Positions 53,401 to 64,000 of a stretch of DNA of 64,000 nucleotides are shown here, in pieces. The stretch is from the NCBI RefSeq assembly GCF_002105155.1, contig NW_019029020.1, forward strand, positions 1 through 64,000, read 5' to 3'. Origin of the DNA: Lobosporangium transversale (lineage: Eukaryota). A model generated the notes under the pieces. It was not told the origin of the DNA. It searched no databases and worked only from the letters and a program-made list of their open reading frames with translations. The first letter of the stretch is position 1. Each line of letters starts with the position of its first letter. The position numbers and the translations under genes were made by a program.

Positions 53401-56085
53401 ACCGTTGTAGCTGATCCACCATGATGTTCATTGTATTCTTGAGATCCATCATTTCTCCTTTGACTTCGACAGAAATCTTCTTGGAGAGATCACCTCGGGC
53501 GACTGCTTTACTGACGTCGGCAATATCACGTACTTGTGCGGTCAAATTAGCAGCCATGGTGTTGACATTGTCAGTCAGTTCCTTCCAGGTACCTTCAACA
53601 CCTTTGACTTCAGCCTGACCTCCTAGACGACCTTCTGTACCGACTTCACGAGCCACACGAGTTACCTCGGCAGCAAATGTCCGCAGTTGTTCGACCATGG
53701 AGTTGACAGTCTTCTTCACCTCAGAGATCTCTCCTTGTGCTTCAACATCGATGGTCTTACTCAAATCACCTGCTGCGACAGCGGTCGTGACATTGGCGAT
53801 GGATCGCACTTGAGTTGTCAAATTGGCAGCCATGGTATTGACATTGTCTGTGAGGTTCTTCCAAGTGCCGCTAACACCTTCGACCTTAGCCTGTCCTCCG
53901 AGTTTACCCTCGGTACCGACCTCGAGACTGACTCTAGTAACCTCAGTGGCAAACTGTTGCAGCTGATCCACCATGATGTTCATCGTGTTCTTGAGATCCA
54001 TCATTTCTCCTTTGACTTCGACAGAAATCTTCTTGGACAGATCACCTCGAGCGACAGCCTTACTGACGTCAGCAATATCACGTACTTGTGCTGTAAGATT
54101 GGCAGCCATGGTGTTGACGTTGTCAGTCAGCTCCTTCCAGGTACCATCAACACCTGTCACCTCGGCTTGGCCTCCTAGACGACCTTCTGTACCGACCTCA
54201 CGTGCGACACGTGTGACTTCTGCGGCAAATGTTCTAAGCTGATCCACCATGGTATTCATAGTCTCCTTCAGTTCAAGTATTTCTCCCTGGACAGGGACAC
54301 TAACTTTCTTCGTCAAATCTCCGCATGCGACGGCTTTACAGACTGTGGCGATATCTCGAATATGGCCTGTGAGATTCGAAGCCATCAAGTTGACATTGTC
54401 CGTGAGTTCTTTCCACGTTCCGCTGACATCTTTAACGTGGGCCTGACCACCGAGTTTTCCTTCTGTACCTACTTCCAGACTCACGCGGGATACTTCTGTG
54501 GCAAACTCCTGCAGTTGATCTACCATGGTGTTGATTGTGTGCTTCAAGTCTCCCATCTCTCCCTTGACTTCAACAGAAATCTTCTTGGACAGATCACCTT
54601 TTGCGACAGCTTTACTAACACTTGCAATATCTCTGACCTGCGCTGTGAGGTTGGCGGCCATGTGGTTGACATTGTCAGTCAGCTCCTTCCAGGTTCCATC
54701 AACGCCTTTGACATGTGCCTGGCCTCCTAGGCGACCCTCAGTACCGACTTCATGTGCCACCCGAGTAACTTCAGAGGAAAATGAACGCAATTGATCAACT
54801 AGTTGAAATATAATATTTAGAGAAAAAAGATTAGACACTGACGAAAGAAGTAAAAATAGAGTGGGGCGGTCGACAAGTGTGTTTGAAGTATAAATAAAAG
54901 AGTCCTTAATCATGCTCACTTACCCATCGTGTTGATCGTATTTTTCAATACAAGTGTTTCACCTTGGACAGCAACTGTGATCTTTCGGCTGAGATCACCA
55001 TGAGCGACAGCTGTACAGACAGAGGCAATATCACGTACTTGCTCTGAATGGATGATGCTCATGGTATTCAGGTTGGACACAAATTGTTTCCAGATACCGT
55101 GCTCGTTCTTCATACTCGCTTGGAAGCCCAATTTACCTTGCACTCCCTGGGCTGTAACCTGGATGACCTCATTTGTAAATGTGGATAGCTTATTAAGCAT
55201 TTGATTGATGGAAACGACTAGGTCTGACTGACTGCAGGCGGGGTTGCTGCATTTTATCCGTACAGCCAGGTCGCCTCTAACCACTGCAGCTGCGAGCAAG
55301 GCACATTGATGGATGCAGTCAACACATGGGGCGATACCCGTAGTTGCGGTAGTTGTCTTTGGTGTTGGTGCAGCAGCAGTTGTCGTAGTTGTTGTCGTCA
55401 TAAGATTGGATAAGATGGGGGTGCGCAAAGGTGAGATTGGTGTGGTGTCCTTGACAGCTGCGGCTGTTGTGATGGGTGATGAGACCATGGTCTGGCCATG
55501 TCCGGATGGCTGACCATTCAGATCCGTAGGTTGAACAAAGCAAAGCGGGCCATTGTCGGTTGCTTCGATCGAATGTGCTGCTAGTGCTGATGCAATCGGC
55601 TTGGGACGATGAATAGTGACTGATGATTGATCAGACACTTGGGTATGAGCGGCCCTTGCTTGCGAGAGCGTATGCAGTGGGTGGGATGTGCGCTCCTGTT
55701 GTATACTTGAGTGAGTAGGAATATGATTGACAAATTCCCAATTACCATCGTTCAACCGAAAAGACGAAGCTGAACCTGGGGGCGAGAGTGAGTCGACAGG
55801 GGGGGTGAGAATAGGAGGAGCGAGGACAATGTCGGATACGACAGGATGAAGGGGCTTCCGGGTGCGTGCAAGTTCCTGCTCCATCAAGAGCATCTTTTTC
55901 ACTACCCGCTGTAATGAGGCATCGACCTTTTGAATATATTGTGGTGTGGTGGCATCAACAAAATCAAGTGGAAGAGGGTGTGGCGAGACAAAGGAGAAAT
56001 AAACTGGGTCAAAGTCCTTGTCCTGCGCTAACAGGTCGAAGACGTTGCCGACATGCTTAATGTATTCCTCTTCGTACGTGGTCAT
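44495..56085 (-). CDS. NIK1: Giant group III (Nik1/Os-1 type) hybrid histidine kinase, ~3,715 aa: poly-HAMP array, HisKA, HATPase, degenerate receiver, receiver. Exons 56085-54924, 54798-46410, 46320-46175, 46038-44768, 44674-44495
   Basis: H-box [18 protein letters not shown] (split by an intron); N-box [22 protein letters not shown]1 [10 protein letters not shown]2 [21 protein letters not shown]; receiver [11 protein letters not shown]...LILMDVQMP...YITKP. The exons sum to 11,148 nt (3,716 codons including stop) and all junctions are GT-AG and in phase. Confidence 0.95.
46500..54798 (-). repeat. Coding tandem array of 276-bp (92-aa) poly-HAMP units: 30 copies arranged as 15 A/B dimers
   Basis: The GTEG motif runs from aa 59 to aa 2727 of the 2837-aa ORF (29 x 92 aa). 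Type A is RLGGQ...[21 protein letters not shown]; type B is KLGGQ...[21 protein letters not shown]. Confidence 0.97.
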
Positions 56086-56403
56086 TGTGAAGAGGAAAAG
56101 AGAAAAAAAGGAAGAAGAAGGAGAAGAAACAATGGATGGGGAGGATGGGGGATGCTGTAGCGGTTGTATTAATAGGTAGAAGGAGTGGTGGAAGGGTTGG
56201 CGTCAGGTATTTGTGAAGGGCACCAAGGAGTAGAGATGGAAAGGAAAGTAGAATAGAAGGTTAGAAACCACAGAAACAAAGCATGTATGCAATTCAGTTA
56301 TAAAAAAAAAAAAAAAAAAAAAAAAGCACAGGCAACACACATACACTCTCACACTCTCCCTCGTTCACTCACTCTGGGAAATAAAAAAGGGAAGAGAGAA
56401 TGT

Positions 56404-56456
56404 AATGATAATAACAATAACAATAATAATAATAATAATAATAATAATAGTAATAA
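56404..56456. repeat. (AAT/AAC)n microsatellite upstream of the histidine kinase
   Basis: aataacaataacaataataataataataat... Confidence 0.9.
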
Positions 56457-57071
56457 AGAGGTAGAGAGAAAGGATGGGGGGGGGAATGGGTGCGAGGACG
56501 ATGAAAAGAAAGGAAGAGGTGAGGAAAGAGAAAGAAGAGGGAATAAAAATAAGGATGGAGCCAGGGGGGCGGAAGATAAAATAAAATTGGAGAATAAAGA
56601 ATGGACTGCCCTGACTGTTATGAATGTGTGTTTGGGGAGTGGAGAGGAAAGAAAGAAAAGAAAAAAAAAAAAAAAAAAAAAAAGTTGCCTTGCCTGCAAA
56701 AGCGAAGGGAAGTTCTGTTTTCACTTGAGCATGCACACACAACACACAAACGCAAATTAATAATCCGTCTTGTGGTCGTCTTTGTCAATAAGGAGAGGTT
56801 AAAAGATGGGAAAAAGAGAGAGAGAGAGACAGAAAAGGATTAGTGCGATATACGGATTTCCTTTAAAAAAAACAGAAAAGGAAAGAAAAATGTGATTTGC
56901 TGATCATACAGGGACAATAACAAAAGGAAAGGAATTGAGAGGAAATGGAATGAATCTGTTTCGAGGTAGTGGTGAGATAGTGCTTTGTGAAAAATAGTTT
57001 AGAATGAAGAAAGTATTAGTTGTTAGTAGAGTTGAGGGAAGTAGTCGGGTTGGAGCATGGGAGCAGAAAAG

Positions 57072-57108
<37 letters not shown>

Positions 57109-58744
57109 GCAAGAGCATGCTAATCCTATCCTGTCCAATTCACACACAAAACAAGCGAAACGCATCACTCCTAAATCCCTATTCATCATCAAATCACATT
57201 TCTGTCGTCTCTGAACCATTCAAGACCTCTTCTGGCACAGGCACGGAACACTAAGGCTCTCTTCACACACACAAACCATTGTGCATGCATGCATGCAAGC
57301 AAGCACAACTGCACAAAAATGCGGAAACAAAAAAAAAAAAAAAACAATAGCACATGGATTACACAACAATCAAATCAGGCTATCAAGCAAGCGATGTCAA
57401 ACATTTCTTGACCCTTATTTTGGTCCGCGCATGTTCACAGCTGCCTCATTCAAACACCATGAGCATGTTGCACTACAGCAAGCTAATGCAAAAAGTATAA
57501 AACTGTCGAGCCCATCCAGACATGAAAAAATTCAATAAAAGAAAACCCCCGTACAACCAATGAATATAAAAATAAAGATCTTCTGAACCTGATCATTGCA
57601 CCTCTGAGCCATCCGTCCAACCATTTTTTTTTTTTTTTTTTTTAAAAGAGAGCTTTTTTTTTATACATATTGTTGTCGTTGCACAAGAACCAGCACATCC
57701 ACACACCGACAAGACACAGCATTTCACAAATACAATTCAGCCTGCCTGAGATCTCCTGGATCGTCTCTATACCCTCACAACTTCTTTATCACCTCTTTAA
57801 AATGGAAATAAAAAATAAAAAAGATTTTTTCCCCTAATGCTTTGCCCTTTAGCGCTTTACTTAGCCTATTAAACATGTAGTAGTATGAACCATACTAATC
57901 ATCAAGGAACATTGTACGGTGTGGACGGAAGAGGAAAAAATGGCCGAGTCTGGACCCAAAATTTGCTTTTTTTTTTTTTTTTAACTCTTTTTGTTCAACC
58001 AAGGAAAAAAGGGGCATGCAATGTGTCTCTTGAACCTTTGTCTGTCTACCATATTGGCCCCCGCCCGTGCGTGTGTGGGGTGAGAGCCCCTTAAAGTAGC
58101 TTCCAACAACCTTTGCGGCCTTTATATTGCATTTATCCCCCCCATCATTCTCCTCCAATCGTTTTTTTTAAAAGTTGGTCTTTAAACCTGAACCCTGAGA
58201 GTGGATCCCGATCCATTCAACAAATGCACCAACATAATCAACGACAACAACAACGATAGAGAATAAATAAATCACTGATGGGTCAGGATAGGATCAAAAT
58301 GGAGATGTTTAGAAGACATGCAGGGGAATAAAATATCAAAAGCTGTAATCCATCTTTTGCATGAACATGTTGATGTTGTGTACAAAACAAAAAAAAAAAA
58401 AAAAAAAAAAACTCGTTCAGCCTGAAGCCTGAGGAACCCGTGTTACAAAGGAAGACACCTTGAATGTTATTGCACAATCATACTCCCTTTTTTTCGATGC
58501 AAGGTAACATGCATGTTGGATGAGAAAATGAAGCATTAATCTGCTCACCCAAGCAAAGAGCATGTTCCCAAAAAGGTCATTACGGCCAGTTTCACCTTCC
58601 AGAATCCATGCGGACACGCGGCAAAAAAAAAAAAAAAAAAAAAAAAAAATACCGCCTTTTCGTCTGCCTCGTCCATGTCTTTTGATAGTTTTTTAATATT
58701 TATTTCTGCTTGAGATGTTCGAGAACATTAAAACAACTCAAAGA

Positions 58745-58795
58745 GACAAAGACAAAGACAAGACAAGACAAGACAAGACAAGACAAGACAAGACA
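58745..58795. repeat. (GACAA)n pentanucleotide microsatellite
   Basis: gacaaagacaaagacaagacaagacaagacaagacaagacaagacaagaca. Confidence 0.9.
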
Positions 58796-59971
58796 GCGCC
58801 TCCTCCCCTCCTCCTCCTCCCCTATTTTTTATCCATACAAAGATGTGCCAGCATGGTCTGTCTAGTTTTGCCTAATGCTCAACCCTTGATGTCACTCGAA
58901 GGCGCTTCGGAGACAAAAAAAAAACTGATGCGCATGGATGGCAGCATGAATATGGGAACTGATGTTCTCAATCTCAAAAGTAAACACACGCACACACACC
59001 CCTCAGAATTTGTGCAACCCAAGAAAGAAAAAAAAAGAAAAAAATTCTCTGTGTCTGGCATGCAGACAACTTTTTCCCTTGTTTCCCGTTTTTTCAGTTC
59101 ATCACTTTCATTTGCCAGCTTAGGGATAGCACAAGGAAAAAGGAAAGAATGAAGAAAAAAAAGAAAAAAGAAAAGAAAAGAATAAAAGAAAAGAATAAAA
59201 GAAAAGAGAAAAAAAACAAAAAAAGTAAAGAATAGACAAAATAGGTAGAATACAAGGGGAAACAGACACAAAAGAGAGTGTGTGAAAGTAAGACGCACGC
59301 ATCGATCCTTATCGAAATAGTCCCTCTTCCATCTTACCAGCTAGCTGACTGTGCAAAAAGAGAAAGGATGATGTTCAAGTGTCGTTGCTCCTGCCCGAGT
59401 GGAGAGAGATCAGTTTCCAACTCGATAGATGCGTTTTTTCTTTCTTTTGTCTATCCGGTTTCAATGGATAGGTATTAATTCGGATATAATCAAAAATCCT
59501 GGCTTTTGTCCGTTTGTGTTGATTAAAAGAATAAAGTTCCTGATCGAGAAGCGTCGCCAGTCTAGAGTGATTAAATACAAAGAAAGAAGGGGAAGTAAAA
59601 AAGAAAGAAAGAAAGAAAAAAAAACGCAGTCAATCAGATGGGATAAAAAAAAAAAGAGAGCGAGAGAGAGAGAGAGAGAGAGAGAAAGAGGGAGTACAGA
59701 ATTCTGAGGAGGAAAAGTAAAGCATCGACATCAAGCATGACATAGTTTAGCTTAGCATAGCGTCTGGCATGTAATGAAAGAATGCCAGGGCCAAAAAAAA
59801 GTACCTGTTCTGCCCAATCCCAATGTTCCTGAGTGCCGCTCAATAAATTATTTTTAATCACACGTGGCAAAGACGAGGATCCACTACTTTATGGAAAACA
59901 TGTACATGAATAAATAATAATCAATCGTACAGAATGAGCACAAACGAAAGAGCTTTAGTTATATCCCGTTT

Positions 59972-60002
<31 letters not shown>

Positions 60003-60149
60003 GTTTGCCAATGCATGTTGATTATTACACTGTGAAGTGATGAAATGTTGCACTACCAGAGATTAGACGGATAGACAAACACACAACGAAAAAAAATAAA
60101 AAAAAATAAAAAAAAATAAAAAGTTACAATGATGTTCTACAAATGTAAT

Positions 60150-60331
<182 letters not shown>

Positions 60332-61098
60332 TGACAATGGGATGAAGCACTCGAATGATTGAGACTAAGCCAAGTCTGCAATCTCAATTCGAACAGAAGT
60401 AAAGTGTGTGGCTGGGTGATTATTGAAGGAAACGATGCGAGGGGTGCAGAAAATGTGTCCTAAAGATTAAGAAAGAGAGAGGACATTAAACATGGCCCTC
60501 TGCTTCCCTTCATTCAATCCTCTGCGTTATTTCTCTCAGGGCAATTGCAAATGCAAATGAACCAATGCTGAAGCTGAGCTTGTAAACTCGCTTTTGTAAC
60601 GTTAAGATTCGTGGGGTGCGTGACAATCTCATTTAGGGCATGTTGCTCTCCCGAATGTGGTTATTTTGTGTTACCCTTTTAGCCACCAAATGAAATTACA
60701 AACTAAGATAATTTTTTTTTCTCCCCCTTTTTTTTTATTTTTTGGAAACAGCTCTTAGGGATGGGATCAGTTGTGGCGGATAGACATGTTTCCTGATTTC
60801 TATCCTCTTTGGATGTAGTAGCATCTACACCCATTAGTATCATTACCATTATCAAAAAATATATAAAAATAAAAATAAAAATAAAAAAAAGTTCTCGATA
60901 AGCTTCTTTTGGTTATCACCAGAAAAGGATAGACCAAATAGGGATCAAATGAGTGTTGAAAGTAGATCATTACTTTGATTAGCAACCCAGATAGTCCAAT
61001 AGGTCTAATAGTTTTCATGCTTCTTGACGACACTGATACTAAGCAAATTATATGCAGCAAACTTAAGCTATTTATTCCCTATTGTTGTCTACCTCTTT

Positions 61099-61130
<32 letters not shown>

Positions 61131-61470
61131 CGCCCAACTTTTTGGGTGAAGCACAAACAAATTCCATTTGGCGGTTACAGTTGCATTTTCCCGCCCTTTT
61201 TATTTTTTTTTTAGAACAATTGCTTCTATCTGGAGCTTATGTACACGTACTTCTTCTGTCGTATATGATTCTCAGATGCAGTATTTTCCTTGAGTTAATG
61301 TAGACAGACTTGGGTTCAGACATGTAACAGAATCTGCATACATTTTATGTACGGTGTTCACATTGTACATATTCATCGAAACATTTTAGGTACGGCGTGC
61401 ATACGTGCATGCAGAGATGAGAGAACGGTGCAAGATGACGACGATGACGCGTTTCGCATCCAAGTATATA

Positions 61471-61510
<40 letters not shown>

Positions 61511-62627
61511 GGCACTGAATAGACTACAACAGACATTTCATGTCAAAGATTACGCTAGACAACTGAAGTCAATCATCGAAATAGCTTATTAACTCTTCAG
61601 CGCCTTCTATGCATGCCCAGTCAATTAAATAAATAAAATAAAATAAGACGGTATCCATGCACCATCTCTTTTTCTCTCTCGCACAGTCCCATCGAAATAG
61701 ATGCAAGACCACATCAAGGTTTCTGATCAGGTGACATGAATTTATCAATGTTTTGTTTCTGATAACTGTAGCCTCGAGGAACACTAAAGAGAGAGAGAGA
61801 AATGTATACACGACCAAGTATATAGATATTCATGGTGTGTAAATGTATAAATATGTCTTTGTTTATGCGCCTTAAGAAAACGGAGTAAGAGAGAGAGTTG
61901 TCGAGCGATAAACATATTCGTGTTGAATATGTAGCGTCGCTAAATAGAATGCATGAATATAAGGCACAATTGCATTGCATTTGGATATCAGGAAAAAGAG
62001 ATGATTGCAAACCGTCAACATCTATAAGAGGATAAAAGTAAAAAGGATGAAAGCAGAAAAATCCAAAAGACTTTAGCAACATCAGCAATTTTTTATGAAG
62101 CTTCGTCTCTGCCACCAATATCTCCATTATAGTTAATTCGATCACCAAGACCCAAATAAGGTGCCTGAAAGCTTAAACAAAATATCAGTTAAACGTTGCT
62201 ATTACAGGTAGACAGAACAGAAAAAGAAACACAAACACCGTTAACCCAATCGCACCAATAGAAAGAAAGAAAAAAAAAGTTGTACACGTACTCCTCAGGG
62301 GTGGGAGAAAGTAAAGATAGACAAGACTTTGAGAGCAACAAAAAAAAAAAAAAAAAAAATGGATAAATGCGCGAAAAGAAGAATAGGCATTTGTATTCTC
62401 ATTTTTCGTTTGTATATTTATATAATAAAGAAATTCAGAAATGTACGATGAGTCGCAGAGTACAAATATGACATAACGCATGTGTTGTTGTTCCACTTGC
62501 CGAAGTGAAAGTAACAAGTAACTATGAGCTTATTTCGAGGAAGAAGGAAAAAAAAAAACTTTTTACTTGAACCCACTTTTCTGCATGACTGATATAACGA
62601 CGCGTCAAAACTCAGATGGCGATGACC

Positions 62628-62658
<31 letters not shown>

Positions 62659-63319
62659 ATTGGATTGGTTGAAGAGAGAGCCAATCAATGTCTTTTGATG
62701 CGGTATTTATACATGTACACTTCTTTTTATTGAGCGTAATAAAGAAACCTCTCTTCTCTTCCTGGAACTCCCGCACCAGCAAAAAACGATCCTAACCTTT
62801 TTTAGAAATTCATTTCTAATTTTTAGGGCTGACCGAGGACAAGGCAGGGCTCTCGTACAACCACCAACCCCAAACAACTCGCCCAAAGAGTTTATTGAAT
62901 CTTGAACGAACACATCATCCGTAAATATTTTATATGAATAAATACACAACATTAATAAACTATATGGCCATAATAAACAACGCTGTAAAATGCATCTACT
63001 GTGGAAAAAGGTCATGTGGTCCCTTGCTTGCATGTTACACAGCTTGCTATGTAGGTACCCTCATGCTCCGCGGGGTTGTATGGCGTTTATACGAAAGGGA
63101 TCGCTCTTGCATTTTTCCATCTCTATTCAATTATTCGCTCAAAGGTCCTACATGATTGACCGACATTAAATCTGTACACAAAGTATATACAACCAACCAA
63201 AGTAAACAGTAAGTATCCAATTGCTTATCTCTGGTACAGACGGTATTTTCGATACACATCTTTGCCTTGCTTTGTTCATCTCAATGACCTCACCTTGTAA
63301 TATACTTCTTGTATGCATA

Positions 63320-63351
<32 letters not shown>

Positions 63352-64000
63352 CTTTCTCCTTTCTTTTTTAACAAATCATAGGAAAGAAAGGAAGAAAAGA
63401 AAGTTGGACTAATTTCCTGCAACCAGAGTACAGTCCATTTTGGATTCAATCAATTGTCAAGACATAATGCCTGAAAGCGACTTCACATTTTCTTTACGTG
63501 TTCAATCTAGCCTAGGCGACTAAGAAACAAGAGAGTGGATTCTTTCTCGTGTACATTCACAAAATAGCTCCGATCTGTTTTTCAACGCCTCTTTTCTTAT
63601 TTATTTAATTTTCGTTCGCGTAGTAAAAAAAAAAAAAAAAAAGTAACACTGCCGTCCTGCCTCATTATATTTTTTCTTTTTTTTAAAAAAAATAAAATAA
63701 AATAAAATAAAAAATATATTTATATATATTTATATATATAAATATATATATATATATCCGTAACTGCATATTCATGAATGAAAAATAAATGGAAAATTGC
63801 GTTTATTTTTGGCCCTCGGAGAGCATAACAATCTGCTTTGGTCCTGCGGGAAGGATGATTGGCAGTGATAGTTGTAATGAATGGTGTTGCGTTTTTTTTT
63901 TTTTTTCTTTTTTCTTTTTGAAGGGGTTTAAAAACTTGTCTGATGGCCAATTAGAGGTTGTCATACCAATCTCTTATTGCACATTTTCAACATGCAATAA

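Noticed and set aside
46418..54794. Many repeated plus-strand and alternative-frame ORFs in the array
   Set aside because: They are shadows of the HAMP repeat, useful only as markers of periodicity.
46500..54798. Array as CRISPR, non-coding satellite or transposon
   Set aside because: There is no repeat-spacer structure. The array is one continuous reading frame with mostly synonymous or conservative variation, fused to a kinase core.
44495..56085. Recent bacterial or endosymbiont transfer of the kinase (the repeat consensus resembles myxobacterial and actinobacterial poly-HAMP proteins)
   Set aside because: It has four spliceosomal introns, a Nik1-type kinase plus two-receiver tail and host-like flanks. 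The same repeat consensus is normal in fungal group III kinases.
57575..57610. GAACCTGATC, resembling a TPP riboswitch core
   Set aside because: No upstream CTGAGA element and no downstream TAATxxxxGCG arrangement.

Overview
This is intron-rich, AT-rich eukaryotic DNA with many long poly-A/T tracts. It is most likely from an early-diverging fungus (Mortierellaceae-like; inferred from gene content and style). I support 13 protein-coding genes. In order: a partial unknown gene at the left edge, an SHB17-like histidine phosphatase, a CARNMT1-like methyltransferase, an SRPK/Sky1 kinase, TVP18, a RhoGAP, EF-1alpha, two tandem ACS/allantoate-family MFS transporters, KRE33/NAT10, a ~2,900-aa membrane domain-TTC39/Iml2 protein, a TBL/PC-esterase-like protein with degenerate catalytic motifs, and a giant group III (Nik1/Os-1 type) hybrid histidine kinase. 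The kinase is the standout: about 3,715 aa, with 30 tandem 92-aa poly-HAMP repeats in one 8.4-kb exon plus one degenerate repeat. The repeats alternate strictly A/B and show higher-order periods of 552, 1104 and 3312 bp. About 7.9 kb upstream of the kinase has no credible gene. I recognised no tRNA, rRNA, CRISPR array or intact transposon. Exon boundaries were read by eye from GT-AG sites and frame continuity and are unverified.
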